From positions 32,001-96,000 of the forward strand of contig JAZDCY010000056.1 of assembly GCA_036679645.1 (NCBI GenBank): a stretch of DNA of 64,000 bases. Direction: 5' to 3'. Under the pieces are notes generated by a model. That model was not told the DNA's origin, did no database searches, and saw nothing but the letters and a program-made list of their open reading frames with translations. This document shows positions 1 to 9,847 of this stretch, in pieces. Origin of the DNA: Gemmatimonadota bacterium. Lineage in GTDB: Bacteria > Gemmatimonadota > Gemmatimonadetes > Gemmatimonadales > GWC2-71-9. How positions within the stretch are numbered: position 1 is the stretch's first letter; each line of letters starts with the position of its first letter. A program made the translations under genes and the position numbers.

Positions 1-1090
1 CCTGCCGTTCATTACGGCCGACCAGTCCGGCCCCAAACACCTGAACACGACCCTGACCCGGGCCAAATTCGAGCAACTGGTGGACGACCTCATCCAGCGC
101 ACGATAGAGCCCATGAAGAAGGCGTTGAACGACGCCGGTCTGCAGCCCGATGCCATCGACGAGGTCATCCTGGTGGGTGGGTCGACCCGGATCCCGAAGG
201 TCCAGCAGGTCGTGAAGGAGTTCTTTGGTAAGGAGCCGCACAAGGGAGTGAATCCCGACGAGGTCGTGGCCATCGGCGCCGCAATTCAGGGCGGTGTGCT
301 GGCCGGCGAGGTGAAAGACGTGCTTCTGCTCGATGTGACGCCGTTGTCGCTCGGCATCGAGACTTTGGGCGGCGTAACGACCGTCCTGATCCCTCGCAAC
401 ACCACGATCCCGACGAAAAAGTCCGAGGTTTTCTCGACCGCGGAAGACAACCAGACCACGGTCGAGATCCACGTGCTCCAGGGCGAGCGGGAGATGGCAA
501 TAGACAACCGGACCATTGGCCGGTTCCAGCTCACGGGCATTCCGCCCGCTGCGCGCGGCATGCCGCAGGTCGAGGTCGCCTTCGATATCGATGCCAACGG
601 CATCCTGCACGTTTCGGCGCTGGACAAGACGACCGGCAAGGAACAGAAGATCCGCATCGAGGCGTCGAGCGGACTGTCGGACGCCGAGATCGACAAGATG
701 GTCACGGAGGCCGAGGCGCATGCAACGGAGGACAAGGGCCGACGCGAGGAGATCGAGCGCCGCAATCGTCTCGACTCGCTGATCTTTCAGGTCGAGAAGG
801 ACTCGAAGGAGTGGGTCGACCGGCTCGATGACACCAACAAGGAGCGCCTCGACGGCGCTGTGGAGGCCGGAAAACAGGCGCTCCGGGCGGGCGGTGCCGA
901 GGAGATTGAAAAGGCATTGGAAGAACTGTCGCAGGCCTACTCCGCCGCTGGCGCCTCACTCTATGAAGCGTCGCAGGCACAGGCAGCCGAGCAGCCGGAA
1001 GCCGGTGCTGAGGAGGGTGCCACTGACGAGGCCAAGCCCGACGAGGACGTAGTCGAGGCGGACTACGAGGTGGTAGACGAGGAGAAGTAG
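1..1090 (+). CDS. dnaK: Chaperone DnaK (Hsp70), 5'-truncated by window edge
   Basis: Frame is open from nt 2 ([14 protein letters not shown]...). Contains [42 protein letters not shown] and an acidic tail ending [13 protein letters not shown]. Confidence 0.98.
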   Translation, partial: LPFITADQSGPKHLNTTLTRAKFEQLVDDLIQRTIEPMKKALNDAGLQPDAIDEVILVGGSTRIPKVQQVVKEFFGKEPHKGVNPDEVVAIGAAIQGGVLAGEVKDVLLLDVTPLSLGIETLGGVTTVLIPRNTTIPTKKSEVFSTAEDNQTTVEIHVLQGEREMAIDNRTIGRFQLTGIPPAARGMPQVEVAFDIDANGILHVSALDKTTGKEQKIRIEASSGLSDAEIDKMVTEAEAHATEDKGRREEIERRNRLDSLIFQVEKDSKEWVDRLDDTNKERLDGAVEAGKQALRAGGAEEIEKALEELSQAYSAAGASLYEASQAQAAEQPEAGAEEGATDEAKPDEDVVEADYEVVDEEK

Positions 1091-1163
1091 CGACGCCGGA
1101 ACCCCGTCGCGCATCTAGGTTATGTTGAAGAACCATAAACGTTCCAATCGAGCGAGTCGTCAT

Positions 1164-2726
1164 ATGGCTAGGAAGAGAGATTGGATGAAATTCGGCGTCC
1201 TGGTCGCGCTCACGTTCGTACTGGCCGCGACCTTTGCGGGCGCGGGCGATCGTCCCGTGCGGACACCGGTCCAGCAAGAAGCCGCCGCGCTGCAGGTGCT
1301 GGCGACCCCGGCGCCGGCCCCCCTCCCAGAGGTCGCCCAACCCGCCGCCGGCCTGAGCGGGTCATTCAAGGCGGTGGCGGATCTCGTACGGCCCGCGGTC
1401 GTGTTCATCCGCGCCGACGTGATCGAGACGGCGCGTCAGCAGGTCCCGCGCGGATTCGAGGATCTGTTCCCGGATTCCCGAGGCGGACAGCGACTGCGGC
1501 GCGGACAGGGAAGCGGCTTCATTATCTCCGCCGACGGCTACATCATCACCAACAACCACGTCGTCGAGAACGCCTCGAAACTCATGGTTCGACTGTACGA
1601 CAAACGTGAGTTCGAAGCGCGGGTCGTCGGCCGTGATCCATCGACCGACGTGGCCGTGATCAAGATCGACGCGTCCGGACTCCCCGCTGTCTCCCTGGGC
1701 AATTCCGATTCGCTCTCGGTCGGCGAGTGGGTTCTTGCCGTCGGCAACCCGCTGGGCGAGCAGTTCTCGTTCACCGTCACCGCGGGAATCGTGAGCGCCA
1801 AGGGTCGCGTCCTGAGGGGCCTGCCGATCCAGTCCGCATACCGGATTCTCGACTTCATACAAACCGACGCGGTGATCAATCCCGGCAATTCCGGCGGGCC
1901 GCTGGTCAACATCCGCGGTCAGGTGATGGGCGTCAACGCAGCCATTGCCAGTGACAACGGTTTCTATCAGGGCTACGGCTTCGCGATTCCCGCAAACCTC
2001 GTCCGCGCGGTATCGAGCCAACTCATCGCCGACGGCCGCGTAACCCGGGCCATCCTGGGAATTCAGATCAACCCGGTAACGCCAGAGGACGCTGAGTACG
2101 TCGGATTGGACGAGATTCGCGGTGTCCGGGTCGACGACTTCTCGGCCGATGGCCCGGCAGAAGCCGCCGGTATCAGGCGTGGCGACATCATCGTGGAACT
2201 GGACGGTGAGCGGGTGGATTACGTCGGTCAACTACAGCAACTCGTTGGCTTCCGTCACCCCGGCGAAACCGTGAGGGTGACCGTCGTACGACGCGGTGGG
2301 GAACATGTTGACATCCCGGTGCGGCTCAGCGAAGCCCCGAGCGAGGAGACGACGGTCGCCAGTACTGTACCGGCCGAAGAACCTGCTCCGGGCAACCACG
2401 AGACCAAGCTGGGCATCGCCGTGCGGCCCCTCGACGAGGAGACCGCGGGTCGGCAAGCAAGGATAGGGGCGCAAAACACCGGACTCGCGGTAATGAGCGT
2501 AGATCTCAACAGTCCCGCGCGCGACCGTCTGTTCCCGGCACAGCGCGGGCAGCTCGGTGACATCATCACGCACGTGAACGGCGCGCGCGTGCACACCATC
2601 GCGGACCTCGATGCCGCGCTCGGTGAGACCGGCGCGGGAGATCTCATCTCGCTCAGGGTCTTCAACCCGGCCGGGAACCAGGGCAGCGGCATCTCACGAG
2701 TTGTCCGACTGCGGATTGGGCGGTAG
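1164..2726 (+). CDS. degP: DegP/HtrA family periplasmic serine protease with two PDZ domains
   Basis: Signal-like N-terminus, GSGFII, TNNHVV, DVAVIKI, IQTDAVINPGNSGGPL and two PDZ-like segments. Start could be 1122, 1164 or 1185. Confidence 0.92.
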   Translation: MARKRDWMKFGVLVALTFVLAATFAGAGDRPVRTPVQQEAAALQVLATPAPAPLPEVAQPAAGLSGSFKAVADLVRPAVVFIRADVIETARQQVPRGFEDLFPDSRGGQRLRRGQGSGFIISADGYIITNNHVVENASKLMVRLYDKREFEARVVGRDPSTDVAVIKIDASGLPAVSLGNSDSLSVGEWVLAVGNPLGEQFSFTVTAGIVSAKGRVLRGLPIQSAYRILDFIQTDAVINPGNSGGPLVNIRGQVMGVNAAIASDNGFYQGYGFAIPANLVRAVSSQLIADGRVTRAILGIQINPVTPEDAEYVGLDEIRGVRVDDFSADGPAEAAGIRRGDIIVELDGERVDYVGQLQQLVGFRHPGETVRVTVVRRGGEHVDIPVRLSEAPSEETTVASTVPAEEPAPGNHETKLGIAVRPLDEETAGRQARIGAQNTGLAVMSVDLNSPARDRLFPAQRGQLGDIITHVNGARVHTIADLDAALGETGAGDLISLRVFNPAGNQGSGISRVVRLRIGR

Positions 2727-2767
2727 ATGAGTCGCTAGTGTAGGTGCAGCAGCGTGCAGCGCTTGCC

Positions 2768-2799
2768 AAGCGCCCCCGATGTGTGGGGGCGCTTTTTTC
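2768..2799 (+). terminator. Rho-independent terminator after degP
   Basis: AAGCGCCCCC-gatgtgt-GGGGGCGCTT hairpin followed by a T run. Confidence 0.85.
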
Positions 2800-2851
2800 T
2801 TGCGAAGGCACACGTCGTGGCATCCAAGATTCCGCCGGCGCCACCGCGCAG

Positions 2852-3703
2852 TTAGGGCGGGAGCGCCACCAAAGCCGGCGGCGCGCGGGCCGCAGCGCGC
2901 CGGCGGCGAGGACGGACTCGACGGCGCGGTCCTGCATCAGTATCGGCGGCGCTCCGAGTGAGCGGCGAGTCATGGTACATGATGACGGCCGCAACAGTCA
3001 CACCCTCGCGAGCAAGAACCCTGAGGAACGCTTTGACGCATGCGGGATCGAGCTGGCTGCCGGCGACTCTAAGGAGCTCGCGGATGGCGAGGTCCACCGA
3101 GAGTGCCTTCCGGTACGGCCTGGCAACGGTCATCGCGTCGAACGCGTCTGCGACCGCCACGATGCGCGCACAGAGGGGGATGTCGTCGCCACGCAGACCA
3201 TCCGGATACCCTAGTCCATCAATGCGCTCGTGATGACTGCGAGCGATCTCCAAGATCATCGGGCGATCGCCAGAGACGGGCCCCAAGATTCGCTCACCGA
3301 TGACGGTGTGCTGTTGGATCAGCCGAAATTCGTCGTCGGTGAGAGCTGATTCGCGCGTGAGGACCTCGTCGGGCACCCCAATCTTCCCTATGTCGTGCAA
3401 GGCCGCGGCGAGCTGCAGGTCAGACAGATCATTCTCGGCGAAGCCCAGCTCCCGTGCGATCGCCACCGAGTATGCGCTCACGCGACCGGAGTGTCCGCTC
3501 GTATAGCCATCCCGCGCCCGAAGCGCTTGCTGCAACGCACCAACCGCGCCGCGGTCGGAGACACTGGCTCGCACTGACGACTCGTGGGAGGTTGGGTCAA
3601 ATCGACCCAAGTCGAGCGCAACTGTTGCGACAGCGCCACTCCCCGGAATCCGTATGGCGGCGATCGGCAAAGACTTTTGTGTGCAACGACTTGCAGTGAT
3701 CAA
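2852..3703 (-). CDS. Stand-alone HD-GYP domain protein (putative c-di-GMP phosphodiesterase)
   Basis: YTSGHSGRV, LHDIGKIGVPD, HHERIDGLGYPDGL, VADAFDAMT..RPY. True start is probably GTG ~3574; no sensor domain visible. Confidence 0.88.
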   Translation of the reverse strand: MITASRCTQKSLPIAAIRIPGSGAVATVALDLGRFDPTSHESSVRASVSDRGAVGALQQALRARDGYTSGHSGRVSAYSVAIARELGFAENDLSDLQLAAALHDIGKIGVPDEVLTRESALTDDEFRLIQQHTVIGERILGPVSGDRPMILEIARSHHERIDGLGYPDGLRGDDIPLCARIVAVADAFDAMTVARPYRKALSVDLAIRELLRVAGSQLDPACVKAFLRVLAREGVTVAAVIMYHDSPLTRSAADTDAGPRRRVRPRRRRAAARAPPALVALPP

Positions 3704-3763
3704 AGCAGCCTCAGCGTGTCAAGACGAGATCCATTCTCTCGGTGAATTCCACCATCCTACGGG

Positions 3764-3779
3764 GCAATGGGTGGGCCAA
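3764..3779 (-). promoter_or_regulatory. Sigma-54 -24/-12 promoter facing the HD-GYP gene
   Basis: Minus strand reads TTGGCCCACCCATTGC: GG-N10-GC with TGGC and TTGC boxes. Confidence 0.7.
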
Positions 3780-3844
3780 CCAGTTGCGTCACCACAACGC
3801 ATTTTATGACAACGACTTATGGTCCTTTCATCCAGCAAATGGAC

Positions 3845-3882
3845 CTGGTACAAAACGTGCGACCTGGTTCAAACCGGACCAA
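3845..3882. promoter_or_regulatory. Putative tandem enhancer (UAS) sites for the sigma-54 activator
   Basis: CTGGTACAAAACGTGCGAC followed by CTGGTTCAAACCGGACCAA, resembling the TGG-N11-CCA sites at 5253-5291. Confidence 0.5.
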
Positions 3883-3900
3883 CTTTCGCGGGAGCCCATT

Positions 3901-5241
<1,341 letters not shown>

Positions 5242-5252
5242 TCGCGGAGCGC

Positions 5253-5291
5253 CTGGTACGGATTGATCCAGGCTGGCGCGAATCGACCCAG
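5253..5291. promoter_or_regulatory. Putative tandem palindromic enhancer (UAS) sites
   Basis: CTGG-N11-CCAG occurs twice with 20-bp periodicity (5253-5271 and 5273-5291). Confidence 0.6.
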
Positions 5292-5356
5292 AGCCCCCGC
5301 ACTTCGGTGCACAGCTAAGAGTTTGTCGTGAAAGACCTTAGTGAAAGCACCAAGAG

Positions 5357-5372
5357 CGGCACAGTCCCTGCA
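5357..5372 (+). promoter_or_regulatory. Sigma-54 -24/-12 promoter for the lipoprotein-TPR operon
   Basis: CGGCACAGTCCCTGCA fits GG-N10-GC, close to consensus TGGCAC-N5-TTGCA. Confidence 0.7.
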
Positions 5373-5471
5373 AACCCTCATTGAGGCACACACCTCGGTG
5401 TCGTTCACTCCAGGGACGGACCGAATGGCCGGGGATCCATTCTTAGACGTGACTGTCCTAGGGGGACCACG

Positions 5472-6164
5472 ATGCGAAAACCAAAGTTGCTCACCGCGCT
5501 GGGGCTTGGCATGCTCATGGCCTGCGCCGAAGCCACCGGCCCGCCGGCCGAAGGGGCAGCCTCTGCACCTCCAACAATGCACGCCCTGCGCTGGAGAGGC
5601 GACGTTGCGCCCTCGTTCCGTGCTGAACGGCGCGACGCGGGCGGACGGGTATTGCCCGCGCCACTGAGCCCGTTGAACGCAGTGAGCGGCAACGGTGGCA
5701 CCGGTTACTCCGTGAGTTTCTGGGCCGTGCGGGGTGAGGCTCGGACGTTGCGCATCGATGTCATGGGCGCCTCGGTTCAAGGACAGTTCCTCGAGATAGC
5801 GGTTCCGGCTGCCGCGTTGGCTTACCGCCCGAACGGAACTCCCTTCGTCGCCGGCGACTCCATCTTCATCACCGTACAGGTCGATGCGTCACAACTAGTA
5901 GTCGACTTCGAGCCATCCGGCCTGGTCTTCAACGAAGGTGATCCGGCGGTTTTGTACGTCTGGTACACCGCAGCCGACGAGGATCTCAATGCCGACGGTG
6001 AGGTGAACGAAGCCGACCTGGCGATCCAGGAGGATCTTCTCGGAATCTCGTACCGTGGGCACGTTGGCGGGTCGTGGGAGCAGGTCTCATCCGACCACGC
6101 GATCGCGTCAAAGCGCTTCGCGCTTCCGCTCGCGCATTTCTCCGGTTACGCGGTCTCCTACTAG
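5472..6164 (+). CDS. Hypothetical lipoprotein
   Basis: RBS GGGGGA, signal peptide with lipobox-like LMAC, DLNADGEVN Ca-loop-like motif. Similar to 39804..40364. Confidence 0.75.
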   Translation: MRKPKLLTALGLGMLMACAEATGPPAEGAASAPPTMHALRWRGDVAPSFRAERRDAGGRVLPAPLSPLNAVSGNGGTGYSVSFWAVRGEARTLRIDVMGASVQGQFLEIAVPAAALAYRPNGTPFVAGDSIFITVQVDASQLVVDFEPSGLVFNEGDPAVLYVWYTAADEDLNADGEVNEADLAIQEDLLGISYRGHVGGSWEQVSSDHAIASKRFALPLAHFSGYAVSY

Positions 6165-6167
6165 AAA

Positions 6168-7163
6168 ATGAACGTGAAGGAGTCCCTTCAGATGCTGAAC
6201 CAGGCCCAGAAGCTGGTGGAGACTGGGAGGCACGCCGCGGCGGTGGATCTCTTGCAAGATCGTCCGGAGGAAGAGCTCAATGGGTCCCCCACACTCGCTC
6301 TTCTCTACGGGATCGCTCAGGCAAAGGTCGGGCTGCATGCGTTCGGAGCACACTGGGTGCAGATGGCCCTCGAACGGGCGCGAGAGCGTGGAGATCGGGC
6401 AATCGAAGCCCGAGCGCTCAACGTGTCGGGCGCTATCGCACTCGAGCACGGTGATATCGACCAGGCCGCCGAATGTTTCACTGGCGCACTCGCCGAGGCA
6501 GAGCGCGACGGCGATCACGCCACGGTCGGACGGTGCTCCAACAACCTCGGCATAATCGCCAATATGCGCGGTGACTACGGCCGAGCGGTCGGCTCGTTCA
6601 CTCTGGGCCTTGCGGCCTTCCAACAGGCAGGCCTGCAGGCCGGTATTGCTGAGGCCTTGCACAACCTTGCCATCTCCTACCGAGATCAGGGCGATCTCGA
6701 CAACGCGTTGCGTACCGCAAGCCAGGCGGTGGATGAGGCGGGCGAATCCGGCGACGTCGGGCTCGCAGCCCTAACCCACGGCGGTCGCGCCGAAATCCGC
6801 CTGCTGGCCGGGGACGCCAAGGCTGCGCTGCGCGAGGTCGAGCGTGCGGCCGAGACGCACCGGGACCTCGGCAATGCGGTTGCTGAGGCAGAGGACCTGC
6901 GTGTCCTCGCGGGCGCGCTCGCCGAAACCGGCGAGCCGGCTGAAGCCGAGCGTCTACTCAACGAGGCTATCGAACGCTCAGACAGGCACCGGCGCCCGCT
7001 GCTCGGGGCGCAGGCACGCCGTGACCTCGCCCGGCTCATGCATCGTCTCGGCCGCGGTGCGGAGGCGCGCGAGTTGGCCCGGACCGCTCGTGCCAGTTTC
7101 AGCGCGTTGGGAGCCCGGGTTGAAGCCGAAGCGCTCGACAAGATGATCGACGACTTGGACTAG
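6168..7163 (+). CDS. Tetratricopeptide repeat (MalT-like TPR) protein
   Basis: Repeated helical motifs (NNLGIIANMRGDYGRA, HNLAISYRDQGDLDNA); starts 3 nt after the upstream stop. Confidence 0.85.
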   Translation: MNVKESLQMLNQAQKLVETGRHAAAVDLLQDRPEEELNGSPTLALLYGIAQAKVGLHAFGAHWVQMALERARERGDRAIEARALNVSGAIALEHGDIDQAAECFTGALAEAERDGDHATVGRCSNNLGIIANMRGDYGRAVGSFTLGLAAFQQAGLQAGIAEALHNLAISYRDQGDLDNALRTASQAVDEAGESGDVGLAALTHGGRAEIRLLAGDAKAALREVERAAETHRDLGNAVAEAEDLRVLAGALAETGEPAEAERLLNEAIERSDRHRRPLLGAQARRDLARLMHRLGRGAEARELARTARASFSALGARVEAEALDKMIDDLD

Positions 7164-7250
7164 TCACGCTTACCGACGGGCGAGACAGCCCGTCCGTCCT
7201 ATCTGGTGGCTGGTCCCCGCCTCTCCTGCACCTTATACTGGGGCCCAGCC

Positions 7251-8867
7251 ATGAGCTTGCCCCTCCTCCGTTGCGCTTTCCTCGTTTCGATTGCCGTCGC
7301 CGGGGCGTGCCGGCAGCCCCCTCCCTGTCCCGGGGAGTGCGACACCGCGGTCGTTGCGGTCGGTGCGGATGCCGACGTGCTCTTGCCTGTCCTCAGCCAG
7401 ACTGACGTCGGCCGAGCCGTCGGCCACCAATTGTTCCTCAAGCTCGCCGACATAGGTCCGAACATGAACACGGTCGGGGACGCCGGCTTCGAGGGGAAAC
7501 TCGCCGATTCGTGGAGGTTCGAGGACTCACTGACGCTCGTCTTCAGGTTGCGCGACGATGCGCGCTGGCACGACGGCGTTCCGGTCACCGCACGCGACGT
7601 GGCGTTCTCGTTCCGTCTCTACCTGGACACAATCGTGAACGCGCCGGCACGACCGCTGCTTAGCCGAATCGCGGGTGTCGAGGCTCTCGACGACCACACC
7701 GTCGCGGTGCGGTTCACACAGTGGTACGCGCAGCAGTTCTACGACGCGACCCATCACGTGTACGTCGTCCCGAGACATCTGCTCGATAGCATTCCGCGAG
7801 ATCGACTTAGGTCGCATCCGTTCCTACGGAATCCCGTTGGGAACGGACCGTACCGTCTGACCCACTGGCGCGCGGGCGAGACCATAGAACTGGGAGCGGA
7901 CACGACGTTCTTTCTTGGCCGTCCCGGCATACAGCGGCTTGTGTGGCGCATCACGCCCGACCCAACGACGTCGCTAACGCAGCTCGTGGCTGGCGAGGTG
8001 GACATTATCCCGGCCATCGTTGGGCAAGACAACATCGCGCGCGCGCAGGAGGCCTCGCACGCACGGCTCGTACCGTATCCGTCGCCTGTCTACATGTTCG
8101 TGGGATTCAATCTGCGGGACCCTGATGACCTCGAGCGGGCGCACCCGCTGTGGGGGGATCGCGCGCTGCGGCGTGCGGTGACCCTCGCGACGAATCGCGG
8201 GGCGATCGTTCGCGCGGTGCTCGGGGAGTGGGGGCGCGTTGCGGGCGGCCCGTTGACCCCGGCGATCAGTATCTGGCACGACGATCTCCGACAGCTACCG
8301 TACGACTCCGCCCGCGCGCACACCATCCTCACCGAACGCGGCTGGACGGACACCGATGGCGACGGCATCCGCGACCGCGACGGCGAGCCGCTCACGTTCG
8401 ATCTCCTGTACCCCAGCTCCTCCCGAATCCGGGAGCAAGCCGCGGTCATTCTGCAGGACCAATTCCGACGGCTGGGCATAGACACCCGGCTCGTAGCCCT
8501 CGAGTTCAACACGTTCCTCGAACGGGCCGAGCGGGGGCATTTCGACGCCCTTCTTGGCGGCTGGCTCGCCGACCCGCCTCCAGGAGCGATCCGCGCATTC
8601 TGGGCCAGTGACGCGGTGCCAGGCTTCAACCCTGGGCGGTACATGAACCCCGTCTTCGATTCGCTCCTCGAACGTGCCATGCAGCACGCCGACCCGACGG
8701 AGGCACAGGTCGTGTGGGACAGCGCGTTGGCGGTGATCAACGAAGACGCACCCGCGATATGGTTGTTTACTCCCACCACTGTGGCCGTTGTCGCTCGGAG
8801 ATTCGAGAATGTGACGGTGCGGCCTGACCTATGGGCGGCGACGATCTGGAAGTGGCGGTTGCGCTGA
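7251..8867 (+). CDS. Peptide ABC transporter substrate-binding lipoprotein (family 5)
   Basis: Lipobox VAGAC, LADSW, F.LRDDARWHDG.PVTARDV, PVGNGPY, GWTDTDGDGIRD. No permease adjacent. Confidence 0.9.
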   Translation: MSLPLLRCAFLVSIAVAGACRQPPPCPGECDTAVVAVGADADVLLPVLSQTDVGRAVGHQLFLKLADIGPNMNTVGDAGFEGKLADSWRFEDSLTLVFRLRDDARWHDGVPVTARDVAFSFRLYLDTIVNAPARPLLSRIAGVEALDDHTVAVRFTQWYAQQFYDATHHVYVVPRHLLDSIPRDRLRSHPFLRNPVGNGPYRLTHWRAGETIELGADTTFFLGRPGIQRLVWRITPDPTTSLTQLVAGEVDIIPAIVGQDNIARAQEASHARLVPYPSPVYMFVGFNLRDPDDLERAHPLWGDRALRRAVTLATNRGAIVRAVLGEWGRVAGGPLTPAISIWHDDLRQLPYDSARAHTILTERGWTDTDGDGIRDRDGEPLTFDLLYPSSSRIREQAAVILQDQFRRLGIDTRLVALEFNTFLERAERGHFDALLGGWLADPPPGAIRAFWASDAVPGFNPGRYMNPVFDSLLERAMQHADPTEAQVVWDSALAVINEDAPAIWLFTPTTVAVVARRFENVTVRPDLWAATIWKWRLR

Positions 8868-8901
8868 CGGACGAGCTACGGAGTGAGGCGCATGGCCTTG
8901 C

Positions 8902-9234
8902 CTACCCCAACACGAACACCCCAAACAGGAAGAGCAACGCCACGATCACGGCCGACGCGATCATCAGCGGAAGCGTGAACACCATGGTGAAGAGCCGGTG
9001 ATCGGATTTCAGGTGCATGTAGAACATTACGACGAGCGTGAACTTCGTGGCTGATAGGATGATCAGCGCAGGTGCCATGATCGCGGCGAAGGCAGGCACG
9101 TAGAAGATGCCGACTTCGACCACGGTGATTACCGTCAGGATGACGGCAATAGCCAGGTAGGTTGCGACGGTCGGGTGATCGTGCTCCTCGGCCGACGGCT
9201 GCATGAGCGAGAATTCCTTAGTCGACGCACGCAT
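8902..9234 (-). CDS. Cytochrome c oxidase subunit IV family protein
   Basis: Three hydrophobic helices, KFTLVVMFYMHLKSD; last gene of the cox operon. Confidence 0.85.
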   Translation of the reverse strand: MRASTKEFSLMQPSAEEHDHPTVATYLAIAVILTVITVVEVGIFYVPAFAAIMAPALIILSATKFTLVVMFYMHLKSDHRLFTMVFTLPLMIASAVIVALLFLFGVFVLG

Positions 9235-9238
9235 TAGC

Positions 9239-9847
9239 TCAGCCTCCCGCCGGGAGCGGGGTCGTCTGGATCAGATAGACGACGGTGAAGATCACAATCC
9301 ACACTACATCCACAAAGTGCCAGTACAAACCCGCTATCTCTACGTTAAGCGCCTTCTCGGGCCCGAGCTTTCCCTGGAACGACCGTACTAGCAGCGTCAA
9401 CAACCAGGTCACGCCAACGAAGACGTGGGCACCGTGAAACCCGGTTAGGGTGAAGAAGGTCGAACCGAAGAGGTTGGTGGTAAACCCGAGTCCCTCGTGC
9501 ACGAATTGGGTGAACTCGTACGCCTGAAACCCAAGAAAGACCGCGCCGAGCAGCGCGGTCATGCCGAGCCACAGACGGCTCTGCAGCCTGTCACCGCGCT
9601 GTACCGCCGCGAGCGCCAGCACCATGCAGAGACTCGACATCAACAGGTCGAACGTGCTGACGGACGTGAGCGGGATATTCAGAATCTCATGCGTCGTTGG
9701 TCCGGAGACACTGCGGCCTTCATACACGAGGTAGGTCGCGATCAACGAGCCGAACAGCAGGCACTCCGAACCGATGAACGTCCAGAAGGCGATCTTGCGG
9801 TTGTCGAGCCCGGTACTCGTGTAGTGCGCGGCGGCGGTCGTCATCAT
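9239..9847 (-). CDS. ctaE: Cytochrome c oxidase subunit III
   Basis: WTFIGSECLLF, FFTLTGFHGAHV, GLYWHFVDVVW. ATG overlaps the subunit I stop. Confidence 0.93.
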   Translation of the reverse strand: MMTTAAAHYTSTGLDNRKIAFWTFIGSECLLFGSLIATYLVYEGRSVSGPTTHEILNIPLTSVSTFDLLMSSLCMVLALAAVQRGDRLQSRLWLGMTALLGAVFLGFQAYEFTQFVHEGLGFTTNLFGSTFFTLTGFHGAHVFVGVTWLLTLLVRSFQGKLGPEKALNVEIAGLYWHFVDVVWIVIFTVVYLIQTTPLPAGG

